DNA of 34,145 nt from Sphacelaria rigidula (lineage: Eukaryota). Shown one piece after another: positions 12,170-24,125 of the stretch (its first letter is position 1; every line of letters starts with the position of its first letter). Under the pieces are notes generated by a model, which was not told the DNA's origin, searched no databases, and worked only from the letters and a program-made list of their open reading frames with translations. The stretch lies in NCBI GenBank assembly GCA_964200075.2, contig CAXNAA020000027.1, forward strand, positions 1 through 34,145. The letters are read 5' to 3'. A program made the position numbers and the translations under genes.

Positions 12170-12531
12170 TACATGTTCCCTACTTTATGTTCATATGGTA
12201 CGAATCATATATACATGTTTCTCTCTCGCCATTCATACGGCCTGTACCCCATAAAGCTGTTTTCCATCTGTGACTTGTGAAAATATTGATCACGTGTACA
12301 ATATTCCCACCTTCCCCTCATACATCATGAACCACATGTGCATGTTTTCCACCTGTGATTCATTCGAGATTCACCAAGCGTACATGTTTTCCACTTGACG
12401 TCCATGCAGCATGAACCATATTTAGATTTTCTCCACTTTTCATTCCTGTGGCATAAACAATGTTTATCGCTTGATAATTGTGTGACATGAATCATGGGTA
12501 CATGTCTCCCACCTGTCATTTTCATGCAGCG
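12170..12531. repeat. Degenerate 42-bp tandem array, block 1 (~9 units)
   Basis: Unit starts at 12170, 12212, ~12255, 12297, 12339, 12381, 12423, ~12465 (short unit) and 12499. Consensus by eye: TACATGTTTCCCACCTGTGATTCATGCAGCATGAATCATAGG. Confidence 0.85.
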
Positions 12532-13244
12532 CGGCTGTTCGGTAGCGCGGCCTACTTGCAGGCGGGATATGAGAACAAGAGCGTGCAGGTCGCGAACGCC
12601 TCCAAAGCAAGATCTACGAAAAAACAAATCCAAGTATTGTACTCACACGTAGCAGAACTTCAACTTGCACAGCACACGCATCTGCGTTCTCAGAGCGCTT
12701 CTATTATCTATTTCTTCTCCTGGGCTTTGTTATGACAGCCTTCGCAGTTTCATGTTGCGTTGTGGTACATTTGGTCCGAAATTACTGTATACAGCAGTAC
12801 GAAGATCTACGAAGAAAGCACCAGCACGGGTCGTCCCCGCACGTTCGAGGGAAATTTCGGGAAAAATTCTGCAGCAGGCACTACAGTCCACAGACTATAC
12901 GGTACAGCATAGCAGAGCACAGGAATAACCTGGGTGCCCAGAGCGATTCTTCTAGCTGTTCATTTCTCGGAGCTGAGCTATTCACGGCCTTCCTGTGGTT
13001 TCACGTTTCTTCTATGGTACACTTGGCCTGACCATAAAAAACAGTACCAAAACAGCTTCAGACAGCACCAGTACTGGAAGAGGTACTGGAAGAGTCATTG
13101 TCTTTTTTTTGCGTGAGCACTCCAACCACTCCGGCAGCGCACACTGAAGTCCGCAGATAGTACAGCACAAAAGAACACGGTACACGGCACTGTACAATCT
13201 GTATAGCAGACAAGAGATGATAGTAGTACCACAAAAACTTCCGT

Positions 13245-13490
13245 CCATACGGCAGGTATCATAGGTACATTGCATTTGGCCTCATCCATGCAGCGTAATC
13301 AGTTGTAAGTGTTTCCCACCTGTGATTTATGCGGGATGAACTATACGCACATGTTTCTCACCTGCCAATTATGCGGCGTGAATCATAGGTGAACTTTCCT
13401 CCCCCTTCATACATGCAGGACGAATCATAGGTATACTAATTCATGCGAGATGGATCGGGTGTAAGCGTTTCCCACCAGCGATTCGTACAG
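13245..13490. repeat. Degenerate 42-bp tandem array, block 2 (~6 units)
   Basis: Unit starts at 13266, 13306, 13348, 13390, 13432 (short unit) and 13462, with the same consensus as block 1. About 710 bp of unrelated sequence separates the two blocks. Confidence 0.85.
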
Positions 13491-13809
13491 AACTTGTGTT
13501 TCGTGCATGTGTTGCAGTCTTGGTTCGTGTGACGCTACTTGGAGTGTACACATCCCCAATTCACGATTCGTGCGACACAATCTGACACGTACGATATCAC
13601 CATCCGTGATCCATGACGGAAAATTTGGTACATGATTCGAACTCAACAATCATGAGGAAACAACCGGAATGAACTCTGACTCCTCGGAACTACGAACGAT
13701 CTAGGGGCTGGAAAGGTCCCGGGGCAATCATAGCGTGAGCAGACACACAAAAGCCGCCACTGGTCGGGTCAATGCGGTAACCAGGCAGTTTTTAGACTCG
13801 ATTGTTATG

Positions 13810-15420
13810 GTTCTTCCATGATGTTGCCTGATAATTTCAACTTCACCCGTATTCGTCCACAGAAATGGTAGGCGTGTCCTCCGTCAGTAATCCGATTAGC
13901 GACCAATGGTGGCGACGCACACCGGATACGTAGTCTATGTGTCCCAAGTAGATCACAACCGGTAATCAGCCAGACAGAAAGGTCAGCTGTGAAATCCCCC
14001 TCACCCACGGCACGATGAGTACTACCCCCCGCACACCGTGGGTACCCTCCCCTACAACTTGGTGTAGTCCGTCATTTGGCTAGTATCAGACGAGAAATGG
14101 TGGGCAGCCGCTGTATCAAACACATTTCACCGTCCGCTTGCCATTCATATCCCCTTCCGCATTACAAAACAAACACTCGCCTGCCGTGAAGTTGACGTTT
14201 GTAGCCACGATAGCGAATCTTCACGGCATCTGGACTCACAGGAACGTCACCACCACCTCCGTTGGTGACCGAGCCCATTGCCATAACCATGTTTCTCGTC
14301 CCCCTCCCGCCCCTGTTTCCTCAAATACATGTGCATCCTACGCACCAATTCACACAGCCTGCGGGGAATTGCGCGTGCGATGCGTTGCCACATACTCGCA
14401 TTGTCAACAGCGCTCCATCGGCGAGGCCGCGGTTTGGATATGATCCCAACCGTCTCCTCCTGCATGGTTTATTGAAGCTTTTCACTCCCCCTGCCCCCCT
14501 GATGTCACCTCCCTGTTATCCTGGGCAAATTCTGCTGGAGAGTACATGACTTGAAGCGTTTCCTCGAGATGGGACACACTGTCTCCCGTGAGAGGGCGCC
14601 CTCCGTGCCTCCCTAGTGTTGAGTATTTACCGGTGTATGTCATACTCGTTCCAAGCGGCAATGACGAATTTCGCCAGGAAAAGGTGTTCAGTAGAGCGAC
14701 AGAACTCAATCAATTCCTTCATCATACATTGGGGTCTTCAAACGAAAAATGAACAGATTCAACTTTACTGAGTAGCACCAGTCTTGGCTCCTCAAGTTTT
14801 TGAATCGTGGCGCTCTACCAACGCACGTCATGCGCCATGCTACACTAGGGGACCTTACTCAAAACAGAATATCGCTATCGACCTTAGATTGTACTCTTCC
14901 AGCTCCCAATAGTCCAGCTCTTACATGTGGCGCCACCATATCCTCACCGTGGCATTAAATGATGTAGAGAAAAGATCGTACCCCACACGTCAACGCCACT
15001 CGCACTGCGCTAGCCAACGTAAAAACACAATTGATTCCCTTTCCCCCAGAAAGAAATTACGAACTCGTGCTCGCCGAGTTCAAACGCCGTGGTGCTCACA
15101 AAGAATTTCGGAACAAATGGTCTGGAAACAGAGCGGAAAGCAGAAATACCGAAATCTTTAGTAGCGTATACAGCGACCGACTGACGTTGTGGGCCAATGC
15201 CTCTAGCAGCGAAGCATCCGATCCCGTGCTTGCCCGCAGATGGGGCTCCCTCTTCGTACGTAACCGTCCATGCATCACGCAAGCCACAGCCGCTTCCTGC
15301 CTGCCTTGCGCAGTCCCTGTCACTTGTTGTACCAGCTCGCTCACCCGTACGCAGTTCGATCGCGATGGTCTTTCCAACAAGACCAATATAATCATCGCTA
15401 CCAAGATGCACCCACCTCTG
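13810..15420 (-). mobile_element. Ty1/copia LTR-retrotransposon relic (gag, zinc knuckle, protease; truncated before integrase/RT)
   Basis: Gag-like VPKFFVSTTAFELGEHEF (~15060-15115) and FEDP (~14735). Decayed knuckle RC*QCEYVATHRTRNSP (~14365-14412). Copia protease VFDTAAAHHFSSDTSQMTDY...RCAGGSTHRAVGEG...LGHIDYVSGVRRH (~13910-14124). No LTR or PBS confidently located. Confidence 0.75.
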
Positions 15421-17488
15421 CGCCTCTCAACCCCACTTCTTCTGAGTGCTCCTCACGAAGACTCTCCGCCCCACCGTCTCTGACGCTGCAGTTCTGTTTG
15501 CTTCAATTTCAGCTCGTTCGGCGACCTCGTGAACGTGCCCAGCTGGTTTGTGACCAGTTCCAGGCCATCTGTCACTTTTCGTTAGTTCTCTATAGGAACG
15601 GATCACCACCTCACGTTGCCATCGCGGACCCAATCGGCAAAAATCTTTAAAACACCGTTGTAATCGACGGCCCTTGGCAGCGCGGATAGCTTTTTTGCTC
15701 GTTGAAATAGAGAAGAGCAAAAGTAGAGCGAAAGCCTGGGTAGGGCACAAACCATGCTGTGTGCTGACATCACTGGCCAGTGTTATAAAATCCTTTTCTT
15801 CGCATATATAGGTCAAGCCCATCAGCCAAATCCCCGGGTACAACCGTGTATAATTCTACGCATCTCTCTGCTCACAAGAACTGGGTCGTCACTGGTGGCA
15901 TGCAGGGGGCAGGGGTTGCGGCGGAAATTTGAAGCAGTGTCACGTTGCTTCCGAGATGCTAGTGACAACTACTCTCGGGGGCGTGTCACTTTCATGTAAA
16001 CCAGAGAAGCATACATCGAGAAAGCGTATTTAACAGGCAACGAGCAGTACCTCCTAGGGTGCACTTGACCTCTAACGCCAACCTGGTACGTTGTCACTGC
16101 GCTTGAATATGCGGGAGTGAACACAAGTCGACTATAGTACGGCTTACCCGGAATCCAGTCATGTCTAATTCTTTGGTTTTCCGCTCCGCCCGAGCATTCT
16201 CCAGCTCCTTCTTGAGGGTCTCTTCGTCAGCAAAGTCGCCCTCACTGTCCTGACCACTCTAACCCGTGCGCAACCCAGAGTCCGACAAGGAAAAAACGGG
16301 AAATCCCAGAGCGTACTTCAAAAGGGCGCTCATGTGCATAAGAGGCATTTGCGCATAGCAGCCACGATACAGCAGCACCACGTGTAGACAACGAGGATGT
16401 CCTGTTCCTCATATTCCTTGTGAGTCAAGGCACCTGTGACACCTTCTACCATAGCCCCCCCCAAAAGCGCTTCGTTTGGGGACGTAAAATCTTCCGCGTA
16501 AATCGAAATACAAAAAGCTGAGCACAACGAGCAGCTGGGGATTCCCATGCTTGGGTTCGTTCTCGCCAATGTAGCCCATATGAGGCACTTTATGCAGCCT
16601 GAACCCGAACATCAGGCGTTGTATGACCATTTTTTTCGTGACACTCTTGGGCTGGTTTGGGGGGGAGGGAGGGAAGGGAAAGGGAGGGGCGGGGGGGGCT
16701 ATCGTTGAAATTTTCTTGTCATGCTGGGATTTGTGGCCTGTCAAAATTCGTCAGTAAGCCTTCGAAGGGAAAGGGGATGACTGGTGAATGTCCGACAAAA
16801 GACATGAAAATCTGTGAACTTGGACTTCACTTTCGACCCCACCCTCTCTCCTCAGCAGTCTCGAAGGATCAACCCACATGTTCCCCGGTACCTGCCTGAA
16901 AATAATTGAGCATTGGGTCAGTCTCTCGTAGGCCATTGACTTTCATCAGGTATCGATGTGCTTCCTACGACCTCATGTTCCCAAGACGGAAACCACGTTT
17001 CGGATAGAAATATTGCTATCATCGTGTTTGTCGGAAATCAAATCCACAAAATATATTCACACTTGCTATTGGTTTACGAGCTGGGCCAACAGTACATCCC
17101 GCATTTGCATCTCCAACCATAACTCAAGTTTACCGAATCAGCTCGACTCGAGCGCATCGCTGTGAACTGCAGACAAGCCTGGTAATGCACGGCACCGCCT
17201 CTGGTCGATTGGCGAAGTTTTGGCGATTATGTTGTTGTACTGCATTGAGTACCGGGAACGTCTCGTGTCGTTGTGTGATGGTGGGAGAGAACCTCCCAGC
17301 CGACGGTCATGTATCACCGTAAGAGGGGGAAGTACTACCTCAAACCGTGCCAAACACCCCCCAGATGCAAGGCGCTATGCCAGATTTTGCGCGAAACAAA
17401 AATGGTCGTGTCGGGATTCGAACTCGTGACCTCTGTAACAAGAGGCAGTTCAACCAGTTTGACCACCGGGTGCCACACGAAAAATTGT

Positions 17489-17759
17489 ATGCTGTGGGTA
17501 ATTCAAAGAGGTCGGCGCTGAAGTTTTGACATAATACTTTCATCATCACTACGCACAACATTTCTGGACGTGCATCCGTATATATTTTTTTTTCTTCACG
17601 GAGTTACAGCATTTTTCTAGTTTTTGCAGAAAATTCAAATCGCTTTAACTTCCTGTTTATTTGTTTTTTTCAATGCACCTCGAGAAATGTTGTGCGTAGT
17701 GATGATAAAAATGTTGTGTCAAAATTTCAGCGTCCAACTCTTCGGATTACCCACGGCAT
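17489..17759. repeat. Long inverted repeat (87-bp arms), probably within a non-autonomous DNA transposon
   Basis: 17489-17575 matches the reverse complement of 17673-17759 at 74/87 positions without gaps (manual count). A partial third copy (gagctggacgctgaaattttgaca) lies at 18998-19021. Confidence 0.92.
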
Positions 17760-18044
17760 CGCCAAAATACATTCAAAAATCACTCTCGGCTGCCCCAGCG
17801 TGTACCAGTTTGACCGCGGCTGCGCGGCACTAGTCCTGGCGACGATACTCTGGAGCTACCAATCTGGCAGCGATAGATAGGCAGTAGTCGTTCGAGCTTC
17901 TTAAACGTGCAAACGTGCGAACTTGAGTTCCCATAGCTCAACAGGACATAATCTTTGATATTGAATCTTCACTACTATGACGAAGCACGATGTAGAGGAA
18001 AAGCAGCAGAACACAAACGGATGGCTCACAATACTTTCCCTTAC

Positions 18045-18500
18045 ATCAGCGATTGTATCTTCGCCGGCTCCCGCTCCGACCGAGCTCCCGCTTTCCGACG
18101 GTGGTGACGACGCACCATCACTTCCCGTCTCCCCTGCTTTATTGCGCCCGGACATGCGCCGTTGCGATGCTGCCGGGCCTTCGTTTCTACCTTCACGAGA
18201 AGAGGAAGAGGCTTCGCCGCCAGTCTGTCGAAGTGGTCGGTGGGTTGTGGCCGACGACGCAGAGCCCGCTCTGGTTGATAATGCCACAGCACGCTGTGGT
18301 CCGAACGACAACTGTGCGGGCGATGAAGCGTTGGCGGCTCGCGATCGCCGGGTTGAGCTACCGACCTGTGAGGGTGGTGACCTCATGATTTGGTCCTGGT
18401 TGTAAGGTGGTGTCGCTTGCGGCGATGCAGCTTTCCTCGCCCTTTTCGTTTGCGACTTGGAACCTAAGCCCGATGTCTAGGGCGTTGCGACAGTTGACAT
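18045..18500 (-). pseudogene. Orphan first exon (Ser/Ala/Arg-rich, low complexity), probably the 5' exon of a DNA-transposon gene
   Basis: ATG at 18500 opens MSTVATP*TSGLGSKSQTKRARK...GEDTIAD, 152 codons with one TAG at codon 8, ending at a GTAAGG donor. It lies just inside the terminus at 18670-18880. Confidence 0.5.
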
Positions 18501-18669
18501 CCCAAGAGTGAGCGAAATTTGATTTCAACATGAAAAGCTTGGCGACAGGTCTGGATGAGCCTACTGAGGGTACCCTTACAGCAGGATTGGTGGGAGGTGG
18601 TGGGTATGGCTTAGAAGTTGCGAAAAGAAGAGAGCACGAAGAAAAATAGCACAGGCACCGTAGGCAAGG

Positions 18670-18880
18670 TACCTTACCGAGCGTACCCCCGGTATTCACC
18701 GGGGTATCCCATACCGTGGTATGCGTGGGTATCGTAGGTGTGAGTTTTGAAAATACCTGATTGAGCGGGTACGGTAGGTGTCGGAATCTCGAAATACCGC
18801 GGTACGACACTTGAAAATACCCGATCGAGCGGGTACTGTGGGTGTTGAAACATCGAAATACCAATATATTGCAACCCGTG
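18670..18880 (-). mobile_element. hAT-like element 5' terminus with subterminal repeats
   Basis: The end reads CACGGGTTGCA on the minus strand, similar to the CAGGGGTGCA TIR at 24126. A 52-bp unit is duplicated at a 64-bp spacing (18747-18798 and 18811-18862). Dense GGTA/TACC motifs. Confidence 0.6.
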
Positions 18881-19499
18881 CTAGAGTCATTTTCCATCGA
18901 ATGCACGCACGTGATGGTGATTTCAAATGAAAAATACGAGCTGGGCCAGCCAACAGCGGGTAGTTCCTCGTTCAGGCGACTCACGGCGTAAATTTAGGAG
19001 CTGGACGCTGAAATTTTGACAGCAGCTTATTATCGACATGCAGAACATCCCGTGGGCAGCGACGAAAAAAAACATAAAACAAGATAATGTTGAAGTCCAG
19101 GAAAAGAAATGAAAATCCGCAGCTGCTCCCGGGATGTATCCTTTCCTTGGGTGCAGAGGGTCTTCGTGAAATTCCAACTCAAGAGTCGTCGAATTTAGGT
19201 CGTGCGTGCAACGTTTTGCGTGACGCTGCCACATATGCCCAGTACGGGGTGATTGCTGACGTGAACCCACCGCAATAAAAACAAAAAAAAAACACTCCGA
19301 CACGCTATCGCTCAACGATATCAGACGCACCCCGTACTCTATGCACAACAATACCGTCATCGGCAATACGACGTCAATCGAACAGCGACACAGTCCCGTG
19401 TCATCAGGTGGGTCTGCAGTTCACAGTGGTACGCTTACATCGGGTTCATTCGGTAAACTCGGAAAGCTGTGGTGTGGGCAACTTTTGGCCGCTTCCAAG

Positions 19500-22400
19500 C
19501 TGGCCTAGCTCGTAGTCGTTTTTCATTCATCTGCACTCCGTACATTTGAGCTTGGGGTTTGGGTGAAAAGTTCTAGCTGTGTATGTGGACAGCGGCCGCA
19601 GCGTACCCCCCAGAGGATGACTGGTAGACCAGACACCAGGACCATGAAGACGCTCCCCAGCACTGGAGCTGTCTTGCAACACTGGTGGGTCCGGCAGCGA
19701 ATCTTTTCATTCCGATCCCTAACGGGGACGGCAAATGCATGTGAAAACGCACCTTGCCGGGTGCCGCCTCTGACTGGCGCCTGACGCAGGATCTCCCGGC
19801 GGTTCTCGCGCAGCGGGCATGAAGAAACGGCGTTTCCTCTAACTTGAACGCGTGGCGGAATTCCTGGCACTGCCCCAAGTGCCGGCACTGGTCACATGAT
19901 ACCTTCGCCGGGCATATGGGTCGCGGGATGGGTGATTATTCAACATCTCATTCACATGGGGGGTATGTAATCAACTTCAAGAAATAAATATCTAGACTAG
20001 AGCACAGAGAACACGGAGAATCAAGGTCTGTCGCCGCGAGGCATGTGGCATAGGATAGCTGGTGTAAGTGCACGCACCGTTCTCTGACGATCAAGCCCAT
20101 TGCCACTCAGGCTTCCAGCGTTGATTCACGCACAATCGTTTGTACCTCGTATCTCCACCGCTCACCAAGAACTAACTGTGCGTACCGTTGCCGTTGCGTG
20201 ACAAAAACGTGGGGTTCATTACTGAGCGCTGAAAAGGTCATGTATGTCCAGCATTCCTTGCATCATCGTTTTTGCGCGAATGCTACGCGCGGCTGCGTAC
20301 TCGACGAGTCCAGAGTTTGCGCACTCGGATAACCTCCCTATCCCTCGTCTTCAAGTGTAATTGGCCTTATTTTTGCCTTCCGAGCAGGATCGCCGTCGTC
20401 ACTGGCCGATGCTGCAGGGGCGACACTGTATTTTCTCGAGTGAAGTATCCACCTGGGGCCCGTGCCGTCTACGTATACATAATTTGGGATGCTTCTTTTC
20501 CTAGCTCCGCGCATATGTATTTGATTATTCAATACTTCTCGTGTCGACAGGACGATGTTCCCAAGTCACGTATATGGCATTGCGGTCTGCGGCACAAGTA
20601 TACAGTCCGAATGTTGTGTTCTCAAGGTTGACAACAGTGAAATCCTCCAGCGCTACAATGCTACCTTCATCCTCCTTACTGAACAACCACAGTCAGTGAA
20701 GAGGCTTTTTCCGAGCCTGGCACCAATTTCAAGAGTGAGCATGACATCACTTCGGCAAGTGGACACCTGGGCGGTCAAAGGGCGGGGCTGGGTTTGGTGT
20801 TCATCACTTACACTCATGGGATAATCCGGTCGTCAAAAACCGAGGCTAATTTCAACATATCACGGCACACGAGTGCCGGCAAACAAACAGCCTTTTGTCT
20901 CTACTGATGATACCACCTACGGCTGTGTGCTATGTGCGATAGCAACACTGTGCTGCACATGTGCAGCAGCAACTCCTGATGCTGTTGTGCGCTGGATCTG
21001 TGCAGATCGGTGACACTACTTTTCGTTTCACGTCGCGTTGGAGTATCGCTATGCATGCAAATGCTGCCGGGCTGCGGCCGTAGTCATGCCGCGGCAGAAC
21101 ATGCCGTGGAGAGTAATCGCGGCTTCTGGCATCGCGGGGTAGTACATGACGCCTACAGCATAGGTGCATCGTGCCTGTCGGCGTCCATGTATTAGCGACT
21201 TTGGTCTGTATTGTGAGGTAGGATAGTGGCCAGGCCCCTGGGCCGCTGTCAATGATAGAACACGGACCTCCTCCCAAAACAAAATTTATCGAAGTACACA
21301 GGGTGCAGTGCTAGAATAACATTGATTTCTGGAGGATTGAGCGAATCTCAAAACATCGCCAGACGATATACGGAGAGCCGATTTTTTCTTTCCGCAACGG
21401 CATATCTGAGTACTTTGTTGCCGGTGTTTCCCTGAAAAAAAACTCACCAGGCACCTGGTTCTTTCGTCCCACGTGATCTCATCCCCTCCGTCAGTTTGCA
21501 CCACGCACGCAAGCACTCCGTTCAGTTGTGTGTCGAACTGTGGCGAAACGTCAGTCACATCGCAAGATACAAAAGACAGAACGGAATAACGGTTGCCGTT
21601 ATGGTTGGGGCACCACTGGTACATCACTTGCAGATCAGTTCCTTCGCATTCTACGGCTGTACCTCAGCCAAGAAGAGTGAGGCCCCAAACGCTTGCACTC
21701 GGCAATTCGTTTGTATGACGACCAGAACACGCGCCGACAGTCGACACGGCCGACAAAATGGCGTCTGTTCGGCAGTGCACACTTCGATCTCGCCTTTAGA
21801 AACCAGACGGCGTGCACTTGCCTCCCGGCAGTTGCTGTCGAGCGCAGTCAAATACAGTCTGCGGTCAAACACTCATGTCATTTCGATCATGAACCGTGTT
21901 CAAACCGCATGCACACAACGGCAGCACGTGCACGCCAACACCAGTTTAGCTTTTCCGTGCCGTAGCTTCTTCACGTCAGGCAAAACTGTTTGCCCTCAAT
22001 GATGGTTCGAAATACGGTAGCTTGGCGAATTGAAATCCATCAGCGAGCTTCTTTTTAGCGGTATTTAGACAGGAGACTTTTTCGAGTTCTCCATGTGCAA
22101 CACACACATACAAGAACACCATCTCAGAAAACGTGGGTATAATTTTCAGTACAAGGCGCATAAACAAACGGGTGCATGTTGGGGCTGGGAAGGGGGAAAT
22201 AGCCGTCCTTAGGAGTAAGACTTTTATAGATTAGGGTGATGTCTCAAGTGGTGCTATCTGTTCTGAATTAACCTACGGGCAGACCTACGATCATGTAGGC
22301 CGGGTGTCGTGCACCGGAAATTCTTACTCAACATGACAGAAATATCGTTCAAGTGAACTATGAGTGAAGGCACCGAATCCCAGTTCAAAATTTTCAGAAC

Positions 22401-23790
22401 GACTCTCCTTTTGGTGGGTTATGACAGTTTGTTTGCACAATTGACGTGTCAAATTAGACGCACGGCATTGAAATTCAAAATTCCCAACCAGTAAACGGTG
22501 TTCACGACAGCATAAAACTAGTGGGGGCACCCCTAACGCTTCTGAGAATCGGGTCACACCACCTGGTGCAAGCACGAAATGTTTCATGTGCGACGACTGG
22601 CGGGTTTTAAATGCATTCTAGACTTATATTCAGGAAAATATGGCGGACGGTAAACACTGTCCTCTCGAGCAAAATATATCAGCAGCTACGCTGTCGGCAT
22701 GATAGTATAACCTCTCCCGTCCCCAGGGATGTAGTAATCCGTAGGTTATACAGGTCAAGAAACGGTAGTTTACACGTCCCAAGGGCCAAAACATTGAATA
22801 CCACCCGTCATGTCTCTTGATGAAATAAAACGACTTCATTCGCGGTATGTTGAGATGAGAGTTCGTCATAAATCAGTAGGGTAAAGTGTAGGCGTGTTGA
22901 CGATATCATTCCAGTCCTGAGAGGCGTCGCCGTTCGTGCGATACGGGTCAGGGCTGTGGTTGACAGCGCCCTGAGCATATTTGGATAAGGGATGAAATGA
23001 TTTCATTTATCGGGGTTGTTATACATCAAAGCGGTTGTACTATAGTGGTACCTCTCCCATATCCAGGAGCATCGTGATTCGTACGCTACTTGTCGAAAGG
23101 TCAGGTCAGACCCCCCTGGGCGTGCTTGAGGAGGGATACCACGATTCCATCACCTGGGTCCGACGAAAGAGGCTCGTAAGTCATCAAGGTAGTGTGAACG
23201 TTCTCGTGATACATATCCCGTCTCCAAGGCCATCGTCGTTCGTGCTGTACAGGCCAAAATGACAGTGGATAATCAACCCATGCGAAAGCACGGCTCAGAG
23301 GGGATACGTCGATTTTGTGTTTGAGGCGGGTGGGTGAGTCTACCCCCCTTTTGTTTGCTCACAACACTCGAAACATTTCACTATTTCAAAAGCGACCTCT
23401 ATTTGTAATAAAGCAGGGTTTAAACAGGAATAAAAATCGATATCGAAATCGATTTCCAGATCTTGGTCCGGCACCGGCACAGTAGTGGTTTGGAGATGTT
23501 TGAGATCGGGCCCATAGGAATCATCAGTAGCAACAGTAGCTGACAAACAACAGCCGATCCGAGGGATTCAAACGCTGATCAATAGAGTTGCACTGCAACT
23601 AGCACCGGGCGCGAGAGCCCTGACGATGACTCTCCACACCCTGTACAATGGATTACACCGCCAAAACGTGTACTGCGTACAATATCGACTTTTGCAAATA
23701 TTGCAACAGACAATGTATTCCATGATATAAGCAGTACATTTTGACAATGTAGTATATCGTCCAGGGTGTGTATCTTTCACCTGAAGACGC
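19500..23790 (-). pseudogene. Unidentified multi-exon, Cys-rich gene relic
   Basis: A series of 90-250 bp blocks bounded by (Y)nCAG and GT on the minus strand. Exons 21663-21834 and 21448-21537 splice in phase without stops (...VQAFGASLFLAE|FDTQLNGVLACVVQTDGGDEITWDERTRCL). Further exon-like blocks at ~23343-23540, ~23049-23246, ~22325-22562, ~21020-21205 and ~20540-20766. The frame is ambiguous in several blocks. Confidence 0.45.
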
Positions 23791-24125
23791 ATGGCACTCT
23801 CGTTCTCCCGTGATCCAATCAGAAATGGTATTGAACATGATTGTTTTCGCAAAACCGCACAGCACAAACGATGCCGAAGACAATTATTCGGGCTGAAAAT
23901 GCCACAGGAGTGGTTTTACATACTCTCTACTCTTGTTGACGCTTGTCAAACCACAGATATACAGAACCGGAACCACTCGCACCCTGCATTGAAGTTGTTT
24001 AGACACGCCATCTGTGGACGCCCCTGGTTTTTTGTTGCGGGTGTCTACGGTGCTCGATGCTGTACGCCCTGGGATGTCTGGCACACGTTTGTATCTCTGG
24101 TTGCACCACAAAACCTCCTCAACAC

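Noticed and set aside
12523..13295. catgcagcg on both sides of the insert as a 9-bp TSD
   Set aside because: The 9-mer is part of the array unit, and array sequence resumes at ~13245, before the second occurrence.
12170..13490. CRISPR-like appearance of regularly spaced palindromic repeats
   Set aside because: The 13-bp linkers are themselves homologous rather than unique spacers, the repeats are highly degenerate, no cas genes are present and the context is eukaryotic.
12170..13490. 42-bp unit as a 14-aa coding repeat (YMFPTCDSCSMNHR, CxxC...H)
   Set aside because: The units contain stops and frame-breaking deletions, and the Cys/His codons are not preferentially conserved.
9205..13702. 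tagatc / gatcta as TIRs enclosing the hAT relic and the array
   Set aside because: Only 6 bp match and there is no 8-bp TSD.
17405..17450. tRNA-like T-arm (gggattcgaactcgtgacctct, reverse B-box)
   Set aside because: No complete cloverleaf or acceptor stem can be formed; at most a decayed tRNA-derived fragment.
17977..18405. 142-aa + strand ORF
   Set aside because: Antisense shadow of the minus-strand exon 18045-18500, which has an ATG and a splice donor.
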